Source: Desulfobulbus propionicus | GTDB lineage: Bacteria; Desulfobacterota; Dissulfuribacteria; Dissulfuribacterales; DYLC01 | DNA: 41,997 nucleotides | NCBI GenBank assembly: GCA_020722285.1 | Contig: DYLC01000002.1 | Location: 1-41,997 of the forward strand | Direction: 5' to 3' | Program-made: the position numbers and the translations under genes | Notes under the pieces: model-generated | Database searches by the model: none | Told to the model about the DNA's origin: nothing | Seen by the model: only the letters and a program-made list of their open reading frames with translations | In this document: positions 15,936 to 25,019 of the stretch, piece after piece | How the letters are laid out: the number at the start of each line of letters is the position of its first letter | Numbering within the stretch: the stretch's first letter is position 1

Positions 15936-17831
15936 ATGTCACATTTTATTAAGTGTATTGTTGTGTTGATGAGTTGTGTGTTAATAGGTTGTTCACAGGC
16001 TGGTAACTCTGTTAAATCACAGGATGATTCTCTGGCAAAAACGCAGCTATCTCAAACAACTACTGAAACAGCGATCCAGCAAGCTCAGGAAGCGCAACGC
16101 GTCATGAGCAGTACTCCTGTAAAGAAAGGCCCTGGCATTGAATGGCAGCCATCATACTCATTGTCTGATGTAAATTTGGAGATTTCAAAATCCAAGCTTC
16201 CTTCTATGCCTGTAGGGGCAACGATAAGGACCAAAACAGGCAAGATAGCTTTGGCAAAGGTGATGAAGGAACTCGTCAAGTCAAAAAATCTTCAGCTCAG
16301 TTGGGCAAGTGACGTAAAGCAGGATGCCATGGTAGATGTTAATATCCTGCCGGATGATGATTTCTGGATTGCGCTGAATAATTTGCTCCGTCAGCTTGAT
16401 TACACATATGAGTTTAAGGATGGAGCTGTTATTATAAAACACAAAATAACAAGGAAGTTTATGCTTCCTTTGCCTTTTTTGACTGCTCAGTATGATGTAA
16501 AGATAGGAGGGGATCTTTTGGGGAGCAGCTCAACTCGTTCTCAAACCAGTACATCTTCTTCTTCTGCGTCAACGCAGATGTCAGGTTTAGTTTCAGCACA
16601 AAGTCAAGATCATGAGATCGATATCTGGAAATCTATCAGAGAAAACCTTGATAAGATATTGCAGCTTGCAGCAACACGCACAGATACTGCAGAAATCCTA
16701 CAGGCAGAAGATAAATTAAAAAAGATAGAGGCTGAATGTGAGAGACAGTACCCCAGCAGTTTAGAAAAGCAGCAGAGTTGTATGCAAACAAAAACGAATA
16801 TACTTGCGAATGCCGCTTTGTTAGCAGGAGATGTTGGAGCTGCAAAAAAAGAAGGCAAGGATGGTGGTGAAGCTGCCGGTGACAAAGGGAAACCTTCCCC
16901 TGCTAGTACTAATGATTTTTTTTATACTATAGATAAACCTCTTGGCATAGTTACTGTCACTGCTCCATCATCATTGCTTGAGCAAATTGATTCCTACTTT
17001 AAAACCCTTGCACAAGAGGTTTCAAGGCAGGTCATGATAGAGGCCAAGATTGTAGAGGTGACCTTATCAAAAGGTTCTGAGCAAGGGATTGACTGGACTG
17101 ATCTTCTGAACAATTCTAAAGACCATGGTTTTCTTTTACAACCTCTTTTTGGCTTTAGTGGTACCACAAACTTAAATGGCTCCAGTTTAGGCAATGATTT
17201 TACAAGTATTGGGAGCTTGGTGCCAATAGGAGAACATTTTGATGCCAAATTTTATTTAACCCATAATCCTTTTAATCTGGTATTTGATTTTCTTAATACA
17301 CATGGAAATGTCAAAGTTCTCTCAAATCCTAAACTGACTATGATGAATGGTCAACCGTCTGTGATAACAGTGGGAGACAAAGTAAAGTATATCTCTGAAG
17401 TGACATCTGAAAAGACCAACGAAGGAGGAAGTACTACCACCACATACACTGTTGAAACCGACAGTATCTTATCCGGGTTGGCGTTTGGAGTAATGGCAAG
17501 CATTACAGAGGATAATGATGTGGTAATGCAGCTTTCTCCTATCACATCAACCCTGCGTGAACCGATGGAGGAACGTATATTTGGTGGTGGAGACCTTATT
17601 ATTGGCCTTCCAAGGGTGGCTGTGCGTGAGATGACAACTATGGCAAGGGTTAAAAGTGGGGGGTTGTTGATTGTTGGAGGTTTGATAGATGAAACAACTG
17701 AAGATACCGATAACGATGTGCCATTTCTTGGGAAGCTCCCCCTGCTAAAGTATGTTTTTGGTCATCAAAAGGATTACAGATATAAGCGTGAGCTTATTAT
17801 TCTTCTAAGGCCACAGGTTATAACAATGTAG
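15936..17831 (+). CDS. pilQ: type IV pilus secretin, lipoprotein form (PilQ/MshL-like)
   Basis: GGAGGG RBS and ATG at 15936. Lipobox LIGC. Own N0-like domain, Ser/Thr-rich linker, N1 domain (VMIEAKIVEV) and secretin core (LSNPKLTMMNGQPSVITVGDKV, VPFLGKLPLLKYVFG). Confidence 0.88.
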   Translation: MSHFIKCIVVLMSCVLIGCSQAGNSVKSQDDSLAKTQLSQTTTETAIQQAQEAQRVMSSTPVKKGPGIEWQPSYSLSDVNLEISKSKLPSMPVGATIRTKTGKIALAKVMKELVKSKNLQLSWASDVKQDAMVDVNILPDDDFWIALNNLLRQLDYTYEFKDGAVIIKHKITRKFMLPLPFLTAQYDVKIGGDLLGSSSTRSQTSTSSSSASTQMSGLVSAQSQDHEIDIWKSIRENLDKILQLAATRTDTAEILQAEDKLKKIEAECERQYPSSLEKQQSCMQTKTNILANAALLAGDVGAAKKEGKDGGEAAGDKGKPSPASTNDFFYTIDKPLGIVTVTAPSSLLEQIDSYFKTLAQEVSRQVMIEAKIVEVTLSKGSEQGIDWTDLLNNSKDHGFLLQPLFGFSGTTNLNGSSLGNDFTSIGSLVPIGEHFDAKFYLTHNPFNLVFDFLNTHGNVKVLSNPKLTMMNGQPSVITVGDKVKYISEVTSEKTNEGGSTTTTYTVETDSILSGLAFGVMASITEDNDVVMQLSPITSTLREPMEERIFGGGDLIIGLPRVAVREMTTMARVKSGGLLIVGGLIDETTEDTDNDVPFLGKLPLLKYVFGHQKDYRYKRELIILLRPQVITM

Positions 17832-17837
17832 CCGTCA

Positions 17838-18278
17838 ATGGTTGCCGAACCTGATAAATTACTTGCAAGAATAGGTATATCAATTCCATCTGATCTGCTT
17901 GAGATATATGACGCATATATAGACAAAAAGGGATATACGAATCGTTCGGAGGCAATCAGGGATCTGATCAGGGAGACCCTGATTGTCAGAGACTGGGAGA
18001 TAAAAGATGCAGGCAAGACAGTTGCAGGTACAATAACCTATGTTTATGATCACCATAAGCGGGAGTTGGTAAATGAAATCATTGAACTCCAGCATGCGTG
18101 TGAAGATCAAGTCATTTCATCTATGCACGTTCACCTTGATCACCATAATTGTCTTGAAACTGTTGTTGTGAAGGGCAATGTTGATACCATCAAATACCTT
18201 TTTGACAGTCTTAAGGCTTTAAAAGGTGTCAAACACTGCACAATCTCTATGACTACAACAGGCGCTGATTTATCTTGA
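17838..18278 (+). CDS. nikR: nickel-responsive transcriptional regulator NikR (RHH plus ACT-like metal-binding domain)
   Basis: RIGISIPSDLLEIYDAYIDKKGYTNRSEAIRDLIRE (CopG/RHH) and C-terminal HVHLDHHNCLE Ni-site residues. About 146 aa. Confidence 0.88.
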   Translation: MVAEPDKLLARIGISIPSDLLEIYDAYIDKKGYTNRSEAIRDLIRETLIVRDWEIKDAGKTVAGTITYVYDHHKRELVNEIIELQHACEDQVISSMHVHLDHHNCLETVVVKGNVDTIKYLFDSLKALKGVKHCTISMTTTGADLS

Positions 18279-18302
18279 TGATCACAAGCCAAATATTACG
18301 TT

Positions 18303-19508
18303 TCAGTAAAGCAGGAAACTGTTAATTATTTCACGGTACTCTTTCTGTTCATCTTGCCAAATTTGTTTTATTTCCTTCGCAGATGCCCCTGCCTCAACAG
18401 CATTTCTTATAATCTTGTGCCCCGAAATTATGTCAAAAGGAAGTTTTTTAAATTCATATTCGTATGGAGGTTGTTTCCAGGCAAAATCGTTTTTATGCAA
18501 AACGGTTACCGCAGAGAGAAATGTAAGTGTGAAAAGATACGGTTCAAAAATGTCTGGTTCAGTTACATGAAGCTGAAAGCCTACACAAGTTTTACCGTGC
18601 CATTTGTGAAACGTGGGAACAAAGAGTTGAGTACGGAGAAAGAATCCTTTCAAGCCTGACGCGTTAATTTTTTTTGCTATGGCTTGAATGTTCAGAAATG
18701 GGGCGCCAAAGACCTCAAAAGGGCGGGTAGTTCCTCGTCCTTCAGAGATATTGGTACCTTCAAAAAGCACCTGGCCTGGATAGACAAGGGCAGTTGCAAA
18801 AGTGGGCATGTTTGGCGATGGCCATATCCATGGAAGGTTGGTTTGAGGAAACAGCATTCTCCGATGCCATCCTTGCATGGAAATTACATCAAGCTCAAGG
18901 TCAAGATTGAAAAAATTTTTTAAAAAAAGCGCCAGTTCGCCTATCGTGAGCCCATGTCGCATGGGGATGGGAGCCATGCCAACAAAAGAGCTGTACTCCA
19001 TGTTAAGCATATTCCCTTCGATTTTTTCTCCACCTATTGGGTTTGGACGATCAAGTACCACTACTTTGATTCCAGCTTTGGCGCATGCCTTCATAGATAG
19101 TAGCAGTGTCCAAATAAAGGTATAGACCCTGGTTCCTACGTCCTGGATGTCAACGATCAGCACGTCGATCTGACAAAGCTGTTCTAAAGAAGGTGCTCGG
19201 CTTTTTTCATAGAGACTGAAAACAGGGATGTTTTTGCCAGATTCAAGCGTTTCAACCCCATGGGACGTTTCAATCATGTTGTCCTGCTGGGTAGAGTAGA
19301 GTCCATGTTGTGGACTGAAAAGACAAATGATATTCCCGATAGAGTCTATCAGGTCTTTAGCATGTCTAAGGTTGCTGTCAACAGACGCCTGGTTGCACAG
19401 AAGCCCAATGCGTTTGCCCTTAAGGATATTCTGTAAGTTATTTGAAGAGGTTAAAAGGCGCTCAAGGCCTGTTTGTACCCTATACGTTACCACAGATTTC
19501 TGATACAC
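18303..19508 (-). CDS. DUF1343 family protein (YbbC/NamZ-type exo-N-acetylmuramidase family)
   Basis: [29 protein letters not shown] and ~400 aa are as recalled for the DUF1343 family. Confidence 0.8.
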   Translation of the reverse strand: MYQKSVVTYRVQTGLERLLTSSNNLQNILKGKRIGLLCNQASVDSNLRHAKDLIDSIGNIICLFSPQHGLYSTQQDNMIETSHGVETLESGKNIPVFSLYEKSRAPSLEQLCQIDVLIVDIQDVGTRVYTFIWTLLLSMKACAKAGIKVVVLDRPNPIGGEKIEGNMLNMEYSSFVGMAPIPMRHGLTIGELALFLKNFFNLDLELDVISMQGWHRRMLFPQTNLPWIWPSPNMPTFATALVYPGQVLFEGTNISEGRGTTRPFEVFGAPFLNIQAIAKKINASGLKGFFLRTQLFVPTFHKWHGKTCVGFQLHVTEPDIFEPYLFTLTFLSAVTVLHKNDFAWKQPPYEYEFKKLPFDIISGHKIIRNAVEAGASAKEIKQIWQDEQKEYREIINSFLLY

Positions 19509-20278
19509 ACGCCTTTTGATGTGAGGTAATCCTTTATTTGTTTCACTGTGTAGTCTCCGTAATGGGTCATGGATGCGATAAGGGCAGCGTCAGCTTTGGC
19601 CTTAGTGACCACATCCACAAGGTGTTGTGGGTGCCCTGCCCCACCAGAAGCAATCACTGGAATGTGAACAGCCTCGCATATTATTCTGGTCAATTCAAGT
19701 TCATAACCCTCTTTAGTGCCATCGGCATCTATCGAATTAAGGCATATCTCGCCTGCACCAAGATTTTCTGCTTCACTTGCCCACCAGAGGGCGTCTATTC
19801 CCATGTAAGTGCGCCCACCGTTTATGACTATCTCGTAGCCAGATGGAATTTTGCTGCTTTTTTCCACCTTTTTTACATCCATCCCAAGTACTATGCACTG
19901 ACTGCCAAATATCTTTGCGCCATCTGAGATTATGGATGGTTTTTTGACTGCTGCGCTGTTTACGCTTACCTTTTCAGCCCCTGCAAGCAGAACAGCCCGC
20001 ATGTCATCAACAGTTCGTATGCCGCCACCAACGGAAAAAGGAATGAAGATATTTTCTGCTGTTCTTCGAACCACATCCAGCATGATGGAACGATGGTCGC
20101 TTGAGGCTGTGATGTCATAAAAGACTATCTCGTCTGCCCCTTGCTCATAGTAAAAACGTGCCATCTGAACAGGATCGCCAATATCTACATTGTCCTTGAA
20201 TTTTATCCCCTTTGTGGTCTTGCCATCTCGAACGTCAAGACATGGTATGATCCTTTTCGACAGCATCAGGGCCTCCAT
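19487..20278 (-). CDS. hisF: imidazole glycerol phosphate synthase, cyclase subunit
   Basis: [17 protein letters not shown], (beta/alpha)8 repeats and the [14 protein letters not shown] motif. An alternative start at 20266 would give a TGATG junction with the hisH stop. Confidence 0.95.
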   Translation of the reverse strand: MEALMLSKRIIPCLDVRDGKTTKGIKFKDNVDIGDPVQMARFYYEQGADEIVFYDITASSDHRSIMLDVVRRTAENIFIPFSVGGGIRTVDDMRAVLLAGAEKVSVNSAAVKKPSIISDGAKIFGSQCIVLGMDVKKVEKSSKIPSGYEIVINGGRTYMGIDALWWASEAENLGAGEICLNSIDADGTKEGYELELTRIICEAVHIPVIASGGAGHPQHLVDVVTKAKADAALIASMTHYGDYTVKQIKDYLTSKGVCIRNLW

Positions 20279-20907
20279 CTGCAGAAATTGTCTATGAGCG
20301 CAAGCCCTGGACTCCCGCTTTTTTCAGGGTGAAATTGTACTGCAACGAGGTTGTCATGAGCTACAACCGAAGCAAATGAGATGCCGTAAAGTGTCAGTCC
20401 TGCTATGTCTTTTGCGCTTTTCGGCTCAGGATAAAAGGAATGAACAAAATAGAAACTCGCATCAGCAGACAACCCATCAAGAACAGGGTGTGAAACAAGC
20501 CATGCGACGTCGTTCCAGCCCATGTGCGGGATTTTAAGTTCTTCTTTTTCCTGAGCCTTTGTCTGTATCAGTGGAGATGGAAAACGCTTCACTTCTCCGG
20601 GTAAAAGTCCAAGACACTCCACGTCTGCTTCTTCACTTCTTTCAAAGATAATCTGGGTGCCAAGACAGATTCCAAGGATGGGAGTGCCTCTTTTAAAGGC
20701 ATCTTTCAATGCATCCCCCAATCCAAGTGCGTTCAGGTCTTCCATTGCCTTGCCTGCATGCCCAACACCGGGAAATATGATTCTTTCGCTTGAGGCAAGA
20801 ATGTTTGGATCAGATGTGATTTCTGCTTGGTAGCCAAGGTGCTGCACTGCCCTTAGCACACTTGTGAGATTTCCAGCTTTGTAATCAACTATCGAAATCA
20901 TTGTCAA
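20266..20907 (-). CDS. hisH: imidazole glycerol phosphate synthase, glutamine amidotransferase subunit
   Basis: [11 protein letters not shown], the nucleophile elbow GICLGTQ, and the His/Glu context HPEKS. Confidence 0.95.
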   Translation of the reverse strand: MTMISIVDYKAGNLTSVLRAVQHLGYQAEITSDPNILASSERIIFPGVGHAGKAMEDLNALGLGDALKDAFKRGTPILGICLGTQIIFERSEEADVECLGLLPGEVKRFPSPLIQTKAQEKEELKIPHMGWNDVAWLVSHPVLDGLSADASFYFVHSFYPEPKSAKDIAGLTLYGISFASVVAHDNLVAVQFHPEKSGSPGLALIDNFCRWRP

Positions 20908-21503
20908 GAGACACCTTGTTTCCCTTTTGTTTTTTTGCCATTATAGTCATTCATGGCAGCATCAATTCCTCTTTCCATAACACACAAAATACCGTTGCAG
21001 GCAGTCTCTAATACGTTTGAAAGAACTGTTTGTTCTTCTTGTGTAAAAGGCATGAGAACCCATTTGACAATAGGTATGTGAGCTTGCGGCCTTCCTATTC
21101 CAATTTTGAGTCGGTAAAAGGCATCTGAACCAATAAGTTCGATGATGGAACGAATGCCATTGTGACCACCTGCCCCCCCTTTTTTGACGAACTTGATGGT
21201 TCCGAATTCCTGATCCAGATCGTCATGAACTACGAGAAGCTCAGATGGCGCCAGTTTGTAGTACGCCAGAAACGATGCTATTGCCTCGCCGCTTAGATTC
21301 ATGTAGGTCATGGGTTTTAAAAGCCAAAAATTTACATCTGCGATACGATGTCTCGCAACTAAGGTCTTGCTGGCAGAAAAATGCGTAAAACCTATAGAAA
21401 AATGATATGATAACACGTCAGCCGCCATAAATCCAATATTATGGCGGGTCATCATATGGCATGGCTCAGGGTTTCCAAGCCCTGCTATTACAAGATTTTT
21501 CAT
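20904..21503 (-). CDS. pth: peptidyl-tRNA hydrolase
   Basis: GLGNP....TRHNIGF, VVHDDLD and GGHNGIRS motifs. Sits downstream of rplY/ctc as in many bacteria. Confidence 0.95.
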   Translation of the reverse strand: MKNLVIAGLGNPEPCHMMTRHNIGFMAADVLSYHFSIGFTHFSASKTLVARHRIADVNFWLLKPMTYMNLSGEAIASFLAYYKLAPSELLVVHDDLDQEFGTIKFVKKGGAGGHNGIRSIIELIGSDAFYRLKIGIGRPQAHIPIVKWVLMPFTQEEQTVLSNVLETACNGILCVMERGIDAAMNDYNGKKTKGKQGVS

Positions 21504-21530
21504 GATAAAGAGGCAATATGGATAAATAAA

Positions 21531-21740
21531 CCAATCACCCTTAGGGAGGTTCCAGAAATTGATAGTTTACTCAATGGCTGTGTTATTTTTCGGCTGGCAA
21601 ATTGTTTTGCAATTTGCCAAGCCTTGCGCCTTTTATTGCAAGGCGTAGGGCAAATGCTCACATACAGGGAGTATGCTGTGCTTTTCAGTCTCAAAATGCC
21701 TTGCCCTTGAACAAAATTTCTATTTTTTGTAACCTTCCCT
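21531..21740 (+). mobile_element. MITE-like repeat, copy B (body 21543-21740) preceded by an abutting right-end-like fragment (21531-21542)
   Basis: AGGGAGGTTCCAGAAATT...TTTCTATTTTTTGTAACCTTCCCT. Internal GGCTGGCAAATTGTTTTGCAATTTGCCAAGCC, TTATTGCAAGGCGTAGGGCAAATGCTCACATACAGGGAGTATGCTG. Lies between the rplY stop and the pth start. Confidence 0.88.
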
Positions 21741-21747
21741 TATTGAA

Positions 21748-22368
21748 TTAAGCTTTAGTTTCAGCTTCAGCTTCAGTTTCAGCTTCTTCTTTTATTTGCT
21801 CTCCTATGTCAACAATCGTTATGATGGTTGCGTTAGGGTCGTCAGCAAGCTTGACATCTGCAGGCATGATGAGTTCCCTGGCATGAATAGCATGTCCCTT
21901 TCTTAACTCAGTTATGTCCAGTGTAATCTCTTTTGGAATGGCGTTAGGAAGGCATAAGACCTTGACACTCCTACGAATCGTGTCCATAATGCCTTTGTCT
22001 ATTTCCACGCCTTTGCACTTGCCTTGATGCACTACAGGCACTTCGACCTTGAGAGGTCTGTCCATGAAAACCTCATAAAAATCTACATGACGCGCCTTGC
22101 CATTAATCCCATGGGTTTGGATTTCTTTCACCAGGGCAAGACGCTGTGTGGCGGTTTCGCCAGCCTTGAGGTCAAGGGTGAAAAGTATGTGATCGCCTGA
22201 TGCAGAGCGCATGATTTTGGTAAACTCATGGGCGTTTACTGCAAGTGAAATAGGCGCATTGACAGGGCCATACAATATAGCTGGCAGGCTGCCTGCCTGT
22301 CTCAGTTTTCTGGCGACTCCTTTGCCTGATTCTGTTCTGACTGTAGCTTCCATTGAAACTTGTTTCAT
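21748..22368 (-). CDS. rplY: 50S ribosomal protein L25 / general stress protein Ctc (long form)
   Basis: AAGGAG RBS. GKGVARKLRQAGSLPAILYG motif and two-domain length (206 aa). Acidic EAETEAEAETKA tail. Confidence 0.93.
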   Translation of the reverse strand: MKQVSMEATVRTESGKGVARKLRQAGSLPAILYGPVNAPISLAVNAHEFTKIMRSASGDHILFTLDLKAGETATQRLALVKEIQTHGINGKARHVDFYEVFMDRPLKVEVPVVHQGKCKGVEIDKGIMDTIRRSVKVLCLPNAIPKEITLDITELRKGHAIHARELIMPADVKLADDPNATIITIVDIGEQIKEEAETEAEAETKA

Positions 22369-22407
22369 TTTGTTTGACTCCTTAACTTTAAGGTGTTCCT
22401 GTGGATT

Positions 22408-22651
22408 GGAATCACCCTTTAAATAAAGGGAAGTTCCAGAAATTGCTCTTTTGCCCGATGGCTGCGTTGTTTGTCGGCTGGCAAATTGCTTTGCAATTTT
22501 CCAAGCCTTGCTTTTTATTGCAAGGCGCAGGGCAAATGCTCACATACAGGGAGTATGCTGCGCTTTTCAGCCTCCTCACGCCTTGCCATCAAACAAAATT
22601 TCTAATTTCTGGAACTTCCCTAAAAATAGACTAACTAACGGGAACTTCCCT
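22408..22651 (+). mobile_element. MITE-like repeat, copy C (body 22427-22621, best-preserved TIRs) with an upstream right-end-like fragment (22408-22419) and a duplicated right end (22641-22651)
   Basis: A perfect 18-nt TIR AGGGAAGTTCCAGAAATT at both ends. Same internal modules as copies A and B. Lies between the prs stop and the rplY start. Confidence 0.9.
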
Positions 22652-22653
22652 AA

Positions 22654-23598
22654 CTATATGAACAGCGAGCTGACTGAATCATCCTTGTGAATGCGCCAGA
22701 TAGCCTCTCCCAGAAGGCCAGCCACTGATAGTACCTTAATTTTTTCCAGTTTTCGTGCGTTTTCTCTCAGAGGTATCGTGTTTGTAACAATGACTGACGA
22801 CAATGCAGACTCTGCTATCCGTTCAACTGCAAGACCTGACAGCACAGGGTGTGTAATGCAGGCATGCACCGCCTGCGCACCATGGGCCACGATTGCTTCT
22901 GCTGCCTTGCACAGGGTTCCCGCAGTATCAACCATGTCATCCAGTATCACAGCTGTCTTGCCCTTTACATCTCCAATCAGGTTCATTACCATAGCCTCGT
23001 TTGGTTTTTCCCTGCGTTTGTCCACAATGGCTATGGATGCATTGAGCCTTTTGGCAAATGCACGAGTCCTTTCCACACCACCTGCATCAGGTGACACCAT
23101 TACTACAGGTCCAGGGATGTTTTCCTTCAGATACTTTAACAGCACAGGGGCAGCGTAGAGATGATCCACAGGAATGGAGAAAAAACCCTGAATCTGTGCA
23201 GCATGAAGATCCATGGCCAGCACACGTCTTGCGCCAGCAGTGGTGATGATGTCTGCTACAAGTTTCGCAGAAATGGGCACTCTTGGCGCTACTTTTCTGT
23301 CTTGCCTTGCATAGCCATAATAGGGGAGTACAGCTGTGATGCGTCTGGCGGATGCGCGTCTGAGCGCATCAATCATAATCAGAAGCTCCATCATGTGGTC
23401 ATTGACCGGTGGACATGTGGATTGTATAACATACACATCTGCTCCCCGGACATTTTCTCCTATTTCGACAAATATCTCTCCATCGCTGAATGTTTTGACA
23501 GTTGCCCTGCCAAGCGGCACACCCATGTGTTCGCATATTTCCTGTGCAAGCAATGGATTGGAATTACCAGAAAAAATTTTAACAGTATTTAATGGCAT
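22654..23598 (-). CDS. prs: ribose-phosphate pyrophosphokinase
   Basis: The GGAGA RBS favours ATG 23598 ([15 protein letters not shown]). Also DLHA.QIQGFF and the PRPP loop [11 protein letters not shown]. Confidence 0.96.
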   Translation of the reverse strand: MPLNTVKIFSGNSNPLLAQEICEHMGVPLGRATVKTFSDGEIFVEIGENVRGADVYVIQSTCPPVNDHMMELLIMIDALRRASARRITAVLPYYGYARQDRKVAPRVPISAKLVADIITTAGARRVLAMDLHAAQIQGFFSIPVDHLYAAPVLLKYLKENIPGPVVMVSPDAGGVERTRAFAKRLNASIAIVDKRREKPNEAMVMNLIGDVKGKTAVILDDMVDTAGTLCKAAEAIVAHGAQAVHACITHPVLSGLAVERIAESALSSVIVTNTIPLRENARKLEKIKVLSVAGLLGEAIWRIHKDDSVSSLFI

Positions 23599-23687
23599 AA
23601 CTTCTCCTGCGAGACTCTTCACGGCAAAATTTAATGGCAGTTCTCTTCAATATTGCCATTTAGATTCACGTCTTTTCAAAAGAAAAA

Positions 23688-23762
23688 TGGCTGGGGAGGT
23701 AGGATTCGAACCTACGAATACGGGTTCCAAAGACCCGTGTCTTACCGCTTGACGACTCCCCA
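23688..23762 (-). tRNA. tRNA-Gln (anticodon UUG), CCA encoded
   Basis: The reverse complement reads TGGGGAG-TC-GTCAAGCGGTAAGAC-A-CGGGT-CTTTGGA-ACCCG-TATTC-GTAGG-TTCGAAT-CCTAC-CTCCCCA-G-CCA. This folds as a cloverleaf with a TTG anticodon and is close to the E. coli tRNA-Gln layout. Confidence 0.95.
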
Positions 23763-23778
23763 ACCGAGCGTTTGTAAG

Positions 23779-24678
23779 TTAAATGGATTGCACTATAAAA
23801 TTGCGCAGGCCCTGTAAAAAATTCTGCTGAAAAATTGGATGTTCGGCAAGTTGTTCTTGAGCGGCCAATGTCCGCTGTCTATCCCTGAATACCCCATACA
23901 CAGTTGAGCCGCTTCCACTCAAGAGGGCTTTTTCAGCCCCGGCATCCCTTAATACCCTCTTTAGCTCCTTCAGGATTGGATATGCTGGCATAACTGCTGC
24001 TTCCAGGTCGTTTTGCCAAGGCACTTCATCTAATCTAAAAAGAGCCTGAAAAATATGGGATTTGCTCTGTTTTGTCAATACCAAAGCCTTATAAACCCAT
24101 CTGGTGCTTATTGAAAAACCTGGCCACAAAAGGAGAAACCACATCGGCTCAATCTTACAGGGTTCAAGCCTTGTGCCTTTGCCAGTGCCAACAGCAGATG
24201 TCTGTGGCAGCAGGAAAAATGGAACATCTGACCCAATTTGTCCTCCAAGTTCCATCAATACCTGATCAGTCACAGGTTTTCCTGTAATTTCATTAAGGGT
24301 TGAGAGTACAGAAGCGGCATTTGAGCTCCCCCCTCCAAGCCCTGCGCCAAGAGGGATGCGTTTGTCAAGGTGAATAGACACATCCAGCCTTTGTTTTGGT
24401 TTTGTTACCGGTTCATTATTTAGTCGTTTGAGAAACAACCGCGCTGCTCTGATGCAGAGGTTATCTTCTGCCACGGAAAGTTCAGGGGCAGAACAAGTCA
24501 TGCTGATTACGCCAGAGCCTGGCCTTACAGTCAGCGTAAGTTCGTCATAGAGGCTTATTTTGGTAAAAAGTGTGCAGAGGTCATGATAGCCGTCAGGTCT
24601 TTTCCCTGTAACGTACAAAAAAAGATTGAGCTTGGCGGGCGCTAATACCTTTTTGGTCAGATGTTGTGTTGTTGTCAT
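23779..24678 (-). CDS. ispE: 4-diphosphocytidyl-2-C-methyl-D-erythritol kinase
   Basis: APAKLNLFLYVTGKRPDGYHDL and the GHMP kinase motif PLGAGLGGGSSNAA. Confidence 0.94.
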   Translation of the reverse strand: MTTTQHLTKKVLAPAKLNLFLYVTGKRPDGYHDLCTLFTKISLYDELTLTVRPGSGVISMTCSAPELSVAEDNLCIRAARLFLKRLNNEPVTKPKQRLDVSIHLDKRIPLGAGLGGGSSNAASVLSTLNEITGKPVTDQVLMELGGQIGSDVPFFLLPQTSAVGTGKGTRLEPCKIEPMWFLLLWPGFSISTRWVYKALVLTKQSKSHIFQALFRLDEVPWQNDLEAAVMPAYPILKELKRVLRDAGAEKALLSGSGSTVYGVFRDRQRTLAAQEQLAEHPIFQQNFLQGLRNFIVQSI

Positions 24679-24679
24679 T

Positions 24680-24967
24680 TTACTTGCAACATGTCACATA
24701 TAGCATCCTGAGTTCATACAGTATGTGTTCCAGCAGTTTTGCTTCATCTTCACTCAGATTTCCTCGGGTCTTTTCCTGCAAGAGGGCGATTGTGTCGATG
24801 GTGTGTTTGGCAAGAGGAAGATTCTTCGCCTGTTCATTGGAAGCAGGGTCGGCAATCTGGCCAAGATGCACCAGGGCAGATGTGTTAAGCGACAGCATCA
24901 GGGTGATGAAGTTGACCTCTGGCAGCAAACTGTTATGTTCATCGTGTTCCATAATGTTACCTCTCAT
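24680..24967 (-). CDS. DUF1844 domain protein
   Basis: A small acidic protein with FITLMLSLNTSALVHLG...DTIALLQEKTRGNL..EE..LLE..LYELRM, the pattern recalled for DUF1844. Confidence 0.7.
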   Translation of the reverse strand: MRGNIMEHDEHNSLLPEVNFITLMLSLNTSALVHLGQIADPASNEQAKNLPLAKHTIDTIALLQEKTRGNLSEDEAKLLEHILYELRMLYVTCCK

Positions 24968-25019
24968 TTGTTAATAAATTCAGATGGCATATTCTTTGCG
25001 CACCTTTTTTTGCAGTTTA

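Noticed and set aside
21751-21790. A tandem hexamer-like DNA repeat (TCAGCT/TCAGTT units) at the 3' end of rplY.
   Set aside because: It simply encodes the acidic EAETEAEAETKA tail of L25/Ctc. It is a short low-complexity coding repeat, not a satellite or regulatory repeat.
21441-22690. Track ORFs lying inside MITE copies (21441..21710, 21500..21694, 22401..22634, 22451..22690; also 27585..27926 and 27759..28004) that share peptides such as GQMLTYREYA.LFSL.
   Set aside because: The similarity is a by-product of repeated DNA. The ORFs have no RBS, they start or stop at different points in each copy, they are interrupted in copies A and E, and they overlap real gene ends. I treat them as non-coding repeat sequence.
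23631-23660. A hairpin AATGGCA-N14-TGCCATT between tRNA-Gln and prs, considered as a possible terminator or attenuator.
   Set aside because: It has only a 7-bp AT-rich stem with a large loop, and no U-run on the transcribed (minus) strand. The support is too weak to annotate.
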